A DNA stretch of 64,000 nt. It comes from Mobula birostris. Taxonomy: Eukaryota. A program made the translations under genes and the position numbers. The notes under the pieces are model-generated. The model saw nothing but the letters and a program-made list of their open reading frames with translations, did not search any database and was not told where the DNA came from. The first letter of the stretch is position 1. Every line of letters begins with the position of its first letter. Shown piece by piece: positions 40,201 through 51,790 of the stretch. The stretch lies in the NCBI RefSeq assembly GCF_030028105.1, contig NC_092379.1:26839821-26903820 (forward strand). Direction: 5' to 3'.

Positions 40201-41239
40201 ATTTGTTTTTCTTTTTTTCCCTGAGGAAGGGGAGTGTGAGGGGATCCAAGAGTACCCTATTAACTAGTTGCAGAGAGACATTTATCATTGATGGTTTGTT
40301 TGGAAAAGAGAGAGAGACAGAGTTATTTACCACGGATATGTGCCTTTGAAGACAGAGAAACGAAGATCGACGATTGGACTGGCACTTCAAGGGATTGGAA
40401 GTAACTTTGGATTTCTACTGAGTTTGGAGTTGGAGACAGCACCGAGCAGCTCGAAAGTTGCTATGGTGACCGAAGGCAGTGTTATTTAATGGACACTCGA
40501 TGTTATGATTTTCGGCAAATTATTGATTAACTTTCAAGGACAGCTTGCCTGCTTGTCCATTTCTTTGCAGACAAAGGAAGGAGGGATCTAAGTGTCAGGT
40601 GATGCTCAGCCTGGTGAAACAAATAGGAGGTCAGATGATACCGACCTCAGGACACATGATCTGTGCACTGAATGAGCATTTTTGTGCCCGCAGCGAAAGT
40701 GGGCTTTTGGGGAATCGATCAGGTGGATCGATCCAAAATTGCTATTCCATCGGTAAGAAAAGGGTTAACTGGTGAGGAGTTGTCTATTTGTCCACCGTTG
40801 CCGGGGTGATAGCTCCACCACAGTAAAAACCTTTCCCCCTGGTAAAAGTCACAGTGGGTGACTTGTAAAGTATTTCGGAGGACGACGAGAAGATCGACGG
40901 CATCAGCTCACCTGATGACTCATATATCTCTCCCTCTCTCCCTCCACCTCCCACTCTCCCCCTCACTACTCAACTAAATACCACGAACTGAACTAAACTT
41001 TACGCAACATTGTCAGTGTGTATCTTTATACCCCTAGACCTAAAGAAGCGTGGTTTTCATACATATATATTACACACTTACTTTTATATATAATCATTGC
41101 TAACCTCTTTGATTTATCTACATTTATATTATTGTATTGCGTAGTTACTAATAAATATCAGTAGTTTATAGCAACACTGGACCCCAAAGTGGTTTCTATT
41201 CCTGCTTGTTCTTTTTTTCCGGTTACGGGGTATGTGACA
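31246..41239 (+). mobile_element. Gmr1-like Gypsy LTR retrotransposon (defective), interrupted by a nested chromovirus
   Basis: 5' LTR 31246-32224 and 3' LTR 40235-41239 (TG...CA); 4-bp TSD CCTT; degenerate tRNA-Pro-like PBS (TGGGGCCTGAGTCCG) after 32224; PPT GAGGAAGGGGAG at 40223-40234. gag starts at ATG 32331; integrase-flanking sequence (38280-38700) precedes RT (38900-39500) and RNase H (39500-40070). Confidence 0.88.
32586..36933 (-). mobile_element. Sushi-like chromovirus (Ty3/Gypsy), nested, with an internal inversion and RNase H deletion
   Basis: LTRs 36636-~36933 and 32586-32927; PPT GAGGGGGGCGGTAC; gag ORF 35597-36529 (retrotransposon gag plus degenerate zinc knuckle); protease LIDSGAEGN; integrase 33300-34340; chromodomain [13 protein letters not shown] at 33014-33289. 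Confidence 0.93.
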
Positions 41240-42019
41240 CCTTTAATCGGGTCTGCAAAAATATAAAATTAAAAAAAAAATACCGAGAAAACAAAAAAAC
41301 ATATGATTCAATTGACATTTTTGAAATTCAATATGTTTTATGTTTTTGTAACTTGTTTTAAAAATCTACAAATAATTAGTAACCTGTATAGGAATTAATG
41401 TAGGATAAGAGGTTCACGAAACTTCTATGCCAGTTATGTAAAATAAGGCAGGTTTTGGACCTTACCCAAAGTATTAATATGATTAATGTTTCTGACGTTG
41501 TTGGATAGACAAAAGGGTACAGCAGTATCTTAGGCATCTTTTCCTTCCTGGAATTCTGTTTTTTTTTTTCAATATTGCATTGACATATTATAAGGAAAGC
41601 AATGTCAGCACCAATGCCATGGTTATGGACGCAACAGAATTCTGTCAGAAGTTAACCATCTCTAATCAAGCTTATTGCTATTGTTAGTAGTTTTAGGTCA
41701 TCTATTCAGATTATGTTAAGGCTTGCTAAATAAAAACCGTCATCAGTCAATCAAACAAATTATCCTCCGGGCAACCTGTTTGTGAGTCGGTTATTTATAA
41801 CGTTGTGTGTTTATTTTCGAATTAAAAAAAAAACAAAAAAACTCTGCTTCCCAGGCCGGCAACTAGCTATTTCTCTGCTGCTGCCTTTCCGTGTGTGTAT
41901 TAGACACTGCCCGATTATATAATTTGCAATAGGAAGATACTAATCGAATCGGGAGTACAAGTTTCCAAAATGTTCATGTGAAGCATTCTTTGTGTTATTA
42001 CAATCTATGTTGTCCATAA

Positions 42020-43600
42020 GACCATCGGACATTAGAGTAGAATTAGGCCATTTGTTCCATCGACTCTGACCCACAATCGTTCATGACTGTTGCCGGATGC
42101 CGTCAACCACATGCACATACCTTCTAGCCAAGACACATAATGCCCCGCCCAATTAGTTAACATCAAATTCCGCCTGAAATATACGCATGTAGTTGGTCTC
42201 CACCGCAGTCTGTGGCAGGACAATCCACAGATTTACTGATCTCTGGCTGAATAAAATAATAATTTTTAAAAAAGTCCTCCTTATCCTCTTCTTCTTGCCT
42301 ATCAAATATTCCACTATCCATGCCAGTATCTTTCCTGTAACATATGATTTTATCTTGTTAAGCAATTGCATGCGTTCATGATATCAAACCACTTCGGAAA
42401 ATCGAGGTAAATGACATCCACTGCCTCTCCTTTGACGAAGTTGCTCGTTGCTTCCTTGAAAATCTCAAATAGTTTGCCAAGCTGGATTTTCCTTTGTAGG
42501 CACCATACTGATATTGAATTATTTTATCATTAGTTTCGAAGTACCTCAAAATCACATCTTTAATAATAGACTCCGAAATTGTCCAAGCAAAAGACATTAG
42601 GCTAGCTGTGCGACAATTCCGTCCTTTAACGTCCTCACTTCTGAAAGAGTACAGTAATATTTCTAAACATCCTGTCGTCCGGGAACCTGTTGGAATCAAG
42701 CCATATTGGAAAGATCATGATCAATGTCTCCGTTATCTCTTTATGCTATATTAGCTTCAAACACTCCCAACAGCTCTAGTAAATCAGCCCGCAGGGATAT
42801 TGGCTCCCTGGTACTCAAATGCAAGCCGTCCCTTTTGAACGAGTCCTACGTGCGCTTTATGGGTTCCCAATAATTATCTAGAATTTTTAATCCCTGCCCT
42901 TTGCTCCAGAATCTTCAGGCACACATTTATCTGCCACCTCATTATATTCAGATCCTCCCCTGTCGATTTACACAGGAAGCAAACCTATAATTAATACCCT
43001 TGAGACACTGTTTCTAAGATGTTTCCTAACAATCTATGTTCATTTTCATGAACTCCTGCCTTTTTTTTTCCCAATCTCCTTGGTACCAGTATATACCACG
43101 ATTCAGGTACCACATTTCTTTCCCCACAATCCTTTCAGGATTTTATGGACCCTGGCCTCTGAGAGGTAAACCACCATCAGGGTTTCATGGTTGCATCCAC
43201 TGAATCGCCTGTCCCTCCCCTTGACCATAGAGTCCGCTGTATCTAATAACATACACTTAAGTTCCCTATTCTTCTGAGCCAAATGTCCATACGCAGTGTC
43301 GGAGATCGCTCCCCCCCCCCACGACCCAATAATAATAAAAATGGAGTGCTTGAAGGACGCGGTACAGGTTTGCTCTCCATTATCTCACATTCCCCTGTTC
43401 TCTCCTGACAGTCACTCAGGAAGACTATCTCCCTCCTGTGGTTCTGCCGCACTTAACCTTACAAGGTGAAGGTCGTCGATATGCACCTCTAGTTTTCTAG
43501 CATGTTTCCTGAGGAGCAGTATATCGATGCACCTGGCACAGATGCGACTATAGTGGAGGCTAGTAGTTAACTAGAAACGCGACATCGGACACCCAGGCGA
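42020..43600 (-). mobile_element. Decayed CR1 LINE pieces (3' end, RT, ORF1 region)
   Basis: ORF 42376-42699 (-) reads GRNCRTASLMS...ISESIIKD...YKGKSSL; CR1 3' UTR at ~42030. Confidence 0.65.
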
Positions 43601-44809
43601 TTGTCAAATCACGTTCGTGAGTATACTTGTTTAGTTTACACAATTCTGAAATAAGAGTACAAATATGCCGTGAAAGAATTTTTACCAGTGCAAAGAAAGT
43701 AAGGATAAGGGAAATAATTCGTTTAGCAGCCCACAAATGACATAGAGAGATTTGTTAGAGACAAATCTGGCCAAACGTTTGCTTAAGAAGGAAATACGAG
43801 TTTACTCTATTTTATTTTCTCCGTACTTCAAGAACATTCCTACTGCAACAGGGATTCTTTACGCCCGGGTTAACTAGCAACCAGACGAAAACGGAACATA
43901 TGCCAACATAACGAAAATAGTTCTTTGAAAATTAATGAATCGTCCTTAGGCACATTGGCTCTGCTGTTCAGCAAAACAATATATAGACAAATGCCTATTT
44001 TAGCAATGTATTTGCAAATCAGTGAGCCTGATCAGGTTCAAGCTGCCCGTGATACAAACATCAAAACAGGAAGCTACTGCAAGGGCTACGAATATAAAGC
44101 ATGTAACATCAACTCGTGCCCAATCATTTGTGGAATACGTTCTGCTACCACTGTCTGAGTCGGAATGTCTTATTTCTCTAAACTGACGGCCGATGTGACC
44201 TAGAAATGCGCAACATTTATTGTACTTTCCGTTCATTTTTCAAAGCACTCCTGACGCACTACAAATTAAAACACTACTGTCGTAGAGAGCTACAGCCCTG
44301 AAATTGTGAATTGCACAGTATGAGCTTTCAGGCTAAATGGAAGAACGCAAACAATGGGCCGAAGTCTGCATGGTTTCATTAAGCGGAAACTTGCACAAGA
44401 AGTCATTAAATATATACTGAAACAAAACGCAAAGTAGAGCAAAGTTCGTCAGTGGGTGTAGTTTACTTGGATTTTCAGAAGACCTTTAACATGTTGCTGC
44501 ACATTAAGTGTCACAATGGGGGCGCTGATGGCGGACCCAAATGCAAGACAGAGATCTGAAGTACTAGGAACAGGACTTGACTAGAGTGGGGACGTGACAG
44601 GATACAAATAAGGAGCAAGGGCAAGAACGGAGAATTGGTCTAGGACATGGACAAGACACAAAACCCGGACAAGGAAATTATGAACTAGGAGCGTGTGCTT
44701 GGAGTCCGACCTAGAGACTGGTCAAGGACCCAGAATCTGGGTCTTGCCTCGGGCTTGGACCCCAGAACCAGGAAAGCACATCACATGGCTACAGGACAGG
44801 ACGTAGTTT

Positions 44810-45330
44810 GGGGTCTTGGCTCTTGAGGATTGAGGCTGGGTTCTTGGCTCTTGAGGATTGAGGCTAAGGATTTGGCTCTTGAGGATTGAAGCCTGGGTCT
44901 TGGCTCTTCAGGCTTGAGCTTGGACACAGGCTGGGGTCTCGTGGCTAGAGCTTATAGAGAGTCTGGGGTCTTGAGGCTTGAGTTTGGAGACAGGCTGGGG
45001 TCTCGTGGCTTGAGCTTATAGAGAGGCTGGGGTCCTGAGGCTTGAGTTTGGAGACAGGCTGGGGTCTTGAGACTTGAGTTTGGAGACAGGCTGGGGTCTC
45101 GTGGCTTGAACTTATAGAGAGGCTGGGGTCTTGAGGCTTGAGTTTGGAGACAGGCTGGTGACTTGAGGTTTGAGCTTGGAGACAGGCTGGGGTCTTGAGA
45201 CTTGAGCTTGGAGACAGGCTGGGGTCTTGAGGTTTGAGCTTGGAGACAGGCTGGGGTCTTGAGACTTGAGCTTGGAGACAGGCTGGGGTCTTGAGACTTC
45301 AGCTTGGAGACAGGATGTTGTCTTGAGGCT
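44810..45330. repeat. Compound minisatellite: ~4 x 28 bp followed by ~13 x 32 bp
   Basis: GGCTCTTGAGGATTGA recurs at 44818, 44846, 44874 and 44902; unit GGAGACAGGCTGGGGTCTTGAGACTTGAGCTT recurs with a 32-bp period. Confidence 0.95.
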
Positions 45331-45584
45331 GGAGGCTGCAGGCTTGGGTCTTGAGTCTTGGAATGCAGAGGCTGATAACTTGGAGGCTGGAGCTCGGAGA
45401 CAGTCTGGAAACTGTACATCAGCATAGAGCCGGGACTTAACATTCGAAAAGCCGGTACTCATCTTTAACAGGACACTGACATGAGACTTGACAGTACAGA
45501 AATATAGAGCCGAGACTTATCCTTCGAGAAGCCGGGACTCAACTTTATCTCCACACGAAGGTGACCAGGTCCACCTGCTGGGTG

Positions 45585-45830
45585 ACAGCAGAACGGCCGG
45601 ACTTACCCAACAGATACAAAGACGATTCAGAACAGGTTTCCCTGCACGGCAAAGGCAGAACGGCCTGACTTACCCCACGAGTCAAGGACAAGACAAGCCA
45701 GATTCCTCTGCAGGGCAACGGCAGAACGGTCAAAATTACCCCACAGGGGCATGGACAAGAGAAGACAGCTCTCCCTGCAGGGCAGCGGCAGATCGGCCTG
45801 ACTTACCCCACGGAGGCGAGGACAAGAAGA
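45585..45830. repeat. Tandem repeat, ~67 bp x 4
   Basis: CAGA(A/T)CGG...TTACCC starts at 45589, 45656, 45722 and 45789. Confidence 0.85.
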
Positions 45831-47289
45831 AAAAAAAACATTAAAGAACAACAGACAGTTCCAACTCTGCTTCGGGGTTGCTCCATGTTGCAGTTACGGC
45901 TGCAACCTCAGGTGGCTACGGAAACAGCCGTATCCCTACCTAGCTCGGAGTGGCTGGCGACCACCCAGCTGACGCGGGAAAGAGCAGCATCCATACCGCA
46001 AAGACAGCTCCGACTACCAACGGCAAGACTCCATGAAACGATTTTTCTCCAACACGGCCTAAAGATGGCAAGTGGCCGCTCCAGTCTTCTACACCCCCAG
46101 GGAATCTTGACAAGACTAACCAGCAACTAACACTCAACCCCAAGGCTACTTATATTCCAAGCTCAAGAAGGGAATCAGGGGCCTATGACTAACTCAATCA
46201 AAGCAAAGGACAGCTGGAAGACACGGAGTCCTGAGTCCACAGACGGGACCGTGAACAGGAATGCGGACATCACGGACCGGACCATGACATCAAGTTGTTT
46301 ACCAGATGAAGAGGGCATAGCATAAAGGAAAGATTTAGCATGGATAGAAAGACTTGATGACTTACAGGAAGAACGCGAGGATGACGCAAATTCCAAGAAT
46401 GAAAGAATTAGCCTGCAAGCAGTTCAGGGCTGCTACTCGCTGGAGATTGGAGGAAGGTGGGTAACAATTATTTATCCATATTGAATATTGAAAGACCTGT
46501 ACAGCGTGGAGCAACACAGGCCATTTCCAGCAGGGGTTGTGTCCAGTACCAATCATGACAGCCTCAATAGAGAAGGGCATAAATTTGTACAGAGGTGAAA
46601 AAAGGAGGAGTTTTTAACCATACTGTGGTAACTCGGTGCAGTTTAATGTCTTTGCAGGTGAGATCAAGTTATTCGGTCTATTAAGTGTAGATTTTCATTG
46701 GTTCTTAGTTAGTCAGGGAGTCAAGGTTTACGGGGAGAAGAAAGGTACACGGTGTTGAACGGTAAATATTAAGCCATGAAGGCATGGCACAGTAATATCG
46801 AAGCACAGAGTACATGACTTTTCTCCTGAGTTTCGTGGTCTTATGATCTTATGGCCTTGACATCTGCCAGTGACGAATGCTGTTTCATGTTCATATGATG
46901 GCGCATGACGAGAAAATTGAATACCACTGCGTATAATCGGAGCAGTAGGTGCCGGAGGAAGTAGAAATACCAATCGGTCCATTTTTGATTGACACCATTA
47001 TTTGCAGATTTTCCCAGAAAATATAGGTTATGTGAGAGATAGGCCAAATGATCAGCCGCAGAGCAAGTCCAAATAACGAAAATTCAGGCTCATTTGTCGG
47101 CGAGCACACACTAGACGTTTTAAAATCTTCATGTTATGTGTTGCGGTACTCATGATCGCACGCCTTGAGGTCTCTATTTTAATCGATTTAAATCCATCTG
47201 AAAGTACGCACACCCACCTTTTATATTGTTACGGGTGCCTCGCTTTTCATCGCATGCCTAACCAATCTATTCACATTTGCCCAGTGTTC

Positions 47290-47500
47290 ACAAGATCACA
47301 AGATCACAAGACAAAGGAGCAAAGTAGGCCATTCGGCCCATCAAGTCTGTGCCGCAGCTCCCTAATGAGCTAAATTATTCACCCATCTAGTTCCAATTAC
47401 CGGCTTTTTCCCCATATCTCGTGATACCCTGACTAATTAGATACCTGTCAATCTCCTCCTTAAACACCTTAGTGATCGGGCCTCACCAATGATCACCCTC
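47290..47500 (-). mobile_element. CR1 3' end with (CACAAGAT)n tail
   Basis: CACAAGATCACAAGATCACAAGACAAAGGAGCAAAGTAGGCCATTCGGCCCATC. Confidence 0.75.
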
Positions 47501-48072
47501 AATGATATGTCGATTCATATTCTTTTAAGCTTTCCGAGCCCATTTACCTGCACAACAGTCGTTGTTGTTTTTTTAATATATAATTATTTTTTAACTGCCT
47601 GAAACAATTTGCGTTGCTGCTCCTACAATAAATAAATTATACACACTTTGGGTAAAAAAATAATACACTCTTTCAAGTTTGTACTACCAATTTTCCTTTA
47701 TGATTTCCACTTACCCAATTCTGATTCCCAATAGTAAAGATAAAGAATGAGGGCTTTATTCCTACCAATGGTCCATTATCTCTTATTCTGCTACATTCCA
47801 GGAAAAAAGTTTGAAATTGATCAAGTTCTCCATAACCCAGTCTCGCGTGCATTCGAACTTACTTTGTAATTATTTAATGTCTTATTTCCTCATGAATTAT
47901 TACATTCATGTTCTGTGAATACACAGTACATGATACATTAAGTGGTTTGATGGTTTTCTCTTGTGTTCATCGTAACAGGTCCGGACGCTGCAAATCGCTG
48001 CAAATATTATACTGACAATTTCATCAGTCTGGGATGCATATCAATCTGGATAAATTCATGTGAAGCACTCCT

Positions 48073-49639
48073 AGAGTGCTTAAGGAAGTAACGCAAGAAA
48101 TAGTGGATGCATTAGTGATAATTTTTCAAAGCTCTTTAGATTCTGGATTAGTTCCTGAGGATTGGAGGATGGCTAATGTAACCTGTTTTTTTTTTTTTTC
48201 TTTAGGAGGGAGAGAGAAACCAGGGAATTATAGACCGGTAAGCCTGACATCGGTGGTGGGGAAAATACCAGAGTCAGTTATCAAAGATCTGATAACAGCG
48301 CATTTGGAAAGTGGTAAAATCATCGGACAAAGTCAGTCTGGATTTGTGAAAGGAAACTCATGTCTGGCGAATCTCATAGATTTTTTTTTGAGGATATAAC
48401 TAGTAGAGTGGATAGCGGAGAACCAGTGGATGTGGTATATTTGGATTTTCAAAAAGGCTTTTGACAAGGTCCCACACAGGGGATTAGCGTGCAAACTTAA
48501 AGCACACGGTATTGGGGGTACGGCATTGATGTGGATAGAGAATTGGTTGGCAGACAGGAAGCAAAGAGTGAGAATAAACGGGATCTTCTAAGAATGGCAG
48601 GCAGTAACTAGTGGGGTACCGCAAGGCTCAGTGCTGGGACCCCATTGGTTTACAATATATATATATATATTAATGACTTAGACGAGGGAATTAAATGTAG
48701 CATCTCGAAGACTGCGGACGGCGCAAATCTGGGCGGCAGTGTTAGCTGTGAGGAGGATGCTGAGAGGATGCAGGGTGACTTGGATAGGTTGCGTGAGTGG
48801 GCAAATTCATGGCAAATGTAATTCAATGTGGATAAATGTGAGGTTATCCACTTTGGTGGCAAGAACAGGAAAACAGATTATTATCTGAATGGTGGCCGAT
48901 TAAGAGAAGGGGAGGTGCAACGAGACCGGGTGTCATTGTACACCAGTCATTGAAAGTAGGCATGCAGGTACAATAGGCGGTGAAACATGCGAATGATATG
49001 CTGGCCTTTGTAGCAAGAGGAACGAGTACAGGAGCAGGGAGGTACTACTTCAGTTTTACAAGGACTTCGTAAGACCACACCAAGAGTATTGTGTGCAGTT
49101 CTAGTCCGCTAATCTGAGGAAAAACATTCTTGCCATAGAGTGGGTACCAAGAAGGTTCACCAGATTGATTCCTGGGATGGCAGGACTTCCATATGATGAA
49201 AGATTGGATCCACTAGGCTTTTAATCTCTGGAATTTAGAAGATTGAGGGGGGATCTGATTGAAACGTGTACCATTCTAAAGGGATTGGACAGGCTGGATG
49301 CAGGAATATTTATCCCGATGTTGGGAAACTTCAGAACGAGGAGTCAAAGTTTGAGGATAAAGGGGAATTCTAGAGGACCGAAATGAGGAAAAACTTCTTC
49401 ACACAGAGAGTGGTGAATCTGTGGAATTCTCTGCCACAGGAAACAGTTGAGTGCAGTTCATTTGTTATATTTAAGATGGAGTTAGATAAGGCCCTTGTGG
49501 CTAAAGGGATCAAGGTAAATGGAGAGAAGGCAGTTATAGGGTTCTGAGTTGGATGATCAGCCATGGTCGTACTGAATGGCGGTGCAGGCTCGAATGGCCG
49601 AATGGCCTACTCCTGTACCTATTTTCTATGTTTCTATGT
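48073..49639 (+). mobile_element. CR1 LINE, 5'-truncated; same subfamily as 27575-29361
   Basis: Colinear with ~27810-29361; several frameshifts and stops; tail TTTTCTATGTTTCTATG. Confidence 0.95.
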
Positions 49640-51329
49640 AAAAAAAATCAGTTCTATATACAATTTTCATCTAGTGTGCCGAACATACTGTTTGCAAGAT
49701 ATCCCTTATTCTGTGAAACTTCTCACTAATAAAGACACAAAGCATCGCAGTACATATCACATCATGAATCGTCAAACTGAGGATAATAATAACTCAGGTA
49801 CACTGATACCTTACACATTCACGCAGTTAAGGATTCTTGGAGAAAATCCGCTGCCCCCACAAACAGTCAAAGCATTCCTGACCGCAGCCTCGAGCCCCAC
49901 GAGTCGAGAACTTCAGTATTACATTAGATTTATAGTCATGTTTTGCGGTCAATCGCAGGTAGCCTGATGCAAGGAGAAATAGATCTGAGGAAATAAGGGA
50001 ACAAATGTACAGTAGGGATGGCTGCAAAAAGATAAAGTAAAGCAACACGGTTTTCAAATCAAATGTCATCTTATTCTGATGTATTAAACCAACATACTGA
50101 ATAAATAAATACTGAATAATTAAAGGCGAACGAACTGGATAAGCGGCCCTACCAGATGCATCAATGGAAATCGCTTTATTTTGATGGCAGGATGAGTAGA
50201 TTTGAAGGCGAAGCTTTGGGCAGCTGTAAATAGACAGAATGGGTAATCTACCTCTTATGTACCGGCTGAGGTCTTTAGATTTGGTAGCTACTTGTCTCAT
50301 ACAAAATCATACATACCCATACACTTTTATATGGATGTCTTTCCGTCAATCTCTGTAACATGTTGATGGATGTCACCTGAACTTCAGGATCCTCTGAAGG
50401 GTGCGGATTTGGGCCACTGTTCCGCCGTTACCTTTGCCCTCTGACCTCCAGGGATAACTTGTTTACATTGGTGCATTGATCGTGGTCCACGGAAAGTTGG
50501 AATTGTGATGTTTTTCTTGTGCGTTCTGTTGCGCAGTCACAAAATATCTGTATCGGTTACATGTCGGAGAAAATCGGTTTCAGCTACGATATGGTAAATC
50601 GGTCATTACTCAAGAAAACAAGGATTATATTCATTTTTTTTTTCATACTGTTTGTCTCACAGATCAGAACATTCCTTCGTGAATATCTGTAAAATACCTT
50701 GCCTTGAATGGTTGCATAAAATTGTTGCGCCACTTCCAAATTCAAGAAACCCTGTCAGGAACTCCAGTTACTATATCGTTTTGAATGCCATGAGCAATGG
50801 CAGGATAGCCTGCAATCAGTTTATGCCATGAGTCGAAGTAAGATAAATAACTCTCCTTGCTGTGCATCAGAATAGCTATGTTTGTATTACTTCCAGATCC
50901 TATGGTACAGATAGTCAAAGAGAAACAAAATAGCAGGATTATAATTAAACCGGGGAAGTCTGCTAAAATGTTTGTGTTAGTGCGTATGCTTATCCTATTT
51001 CTTTCATACTTCGCTTTTTTCATTATGTTGGAATTGATTTGCTACTTTGTAGCGTCGCCCAAAATACCCCCGCCCAAAAAAAAAAAACATCCCTTTCTCA
51101 AACGAGAGGACATGTCAGTGTTTAGTCTGCATTAAATTCAGTTTCAATTGTCACCACCATAAATAGTACTAGTTGACTTTGTGGTATATAAAGGCAGAAT
51201 CCTGTATATTATCATGGAATCTGTGTTGAAATGTGTTAATATTGCAGCAGCAGTTCACTGCAACATCGAAGAACGGGTTTGTCCTTCACCATACTCATGT
51301 TACACTCATCATCTACTTGTAAACCATTG

Positions 51330-51790
51330 GCTCATCCTCAGCTCTATCAAACTGCTTCCCATCGCCCTGCCAGATTAGGTTAAAACACTCCCAACAACTC
51401 CTTAAATATGACCGAAAGAATATCACTCACCTCTATTCACTTGCAACCCATCCCTTTTCCGCGACTTCCACCTGCCCCCCAAAATGTCCAAATTATCCAG
51501 AAATCTGAATCCTTGCGTTCTGCTTCAACTCTCATCCATACGTTTATCTGCCACGTCATTCTATTCCGGTTCTCACTGTCGCAGAGCACAGGCCGTAATT
51601 GTAGGATTATTACACTTGCGGTCCCGCTACTCAGCTTGCTTCCTACCTCTCTATGTTCTTCTTTCCGGACCTGCTCCCTGATTTTCCTATGCCTTTGATA
51701 CCAATTTGTACTACGACTTCTGGCTGGTCAGCCTCCTTTTTCAGGATATTATGGACGCTAATAGAAACATTTGTGCCCCTAGCACTCGTG
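51330..51790 (+). mobile_element. Possible Penelope RT relic
   Basis: TTCCACCTGCCCCCAAAATGTCCAAA (compare FYLLPKIHK), CTTCCTACCTCTCTATGTTC and ATTATGGACG (compare TMDV); highly degenerate. Confidence 0.4.

Larger units (their letters stand above)
44509..46289 (-). mobile_element. Solo LTR (1781 bp) of chromovirus-like type, enlarged by internal tandem repeats
   Basis: TGTCAC...CATGACA termini; near-perfect 5-bp TSD TTAAG/TCAAG; terminal motifs resemble the LTRs of the element at 32586-36933. Confidence 0.8.

Noticed and set aside
44952-45462. Repetitive Ser/Pro/Gln-rich ORFs (163 and 116 aa)
   Set aside because: By-product of a 32-bp minisatellite lacking stops on one strand; the unit length is not a multiple of 3.
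44810-45830. Regularly spaced ~28-32-bp and ~67-bp repeats as a possible CRISPR-like array
   Set aside because: Head-to-tail units without unique spacers, inside a eukaryotic LTR; no cas genes.
49827-50300. 157-aa minus-strand ORF
   Set aside because: No recognisable domain, no supported exon structure, and the composition of AT-rich non-coding DNA; likely a chance ORF.
50560-50910. Minus-strand GVPDRVS motif, an upstream acceptor-like CCATAG|GATCTGGAAGT and a downstream DTxIxxCA-like string, suggesting an inverted Ig light-chain-like V relic
   Set aside because: No first Cys or W-Y-Q motif; spacing between the motifs is wrong by ~20 aa upstream and ~135 nt downstream; no RSS. Compatible with chance. 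A V-set HMM search would settle it.
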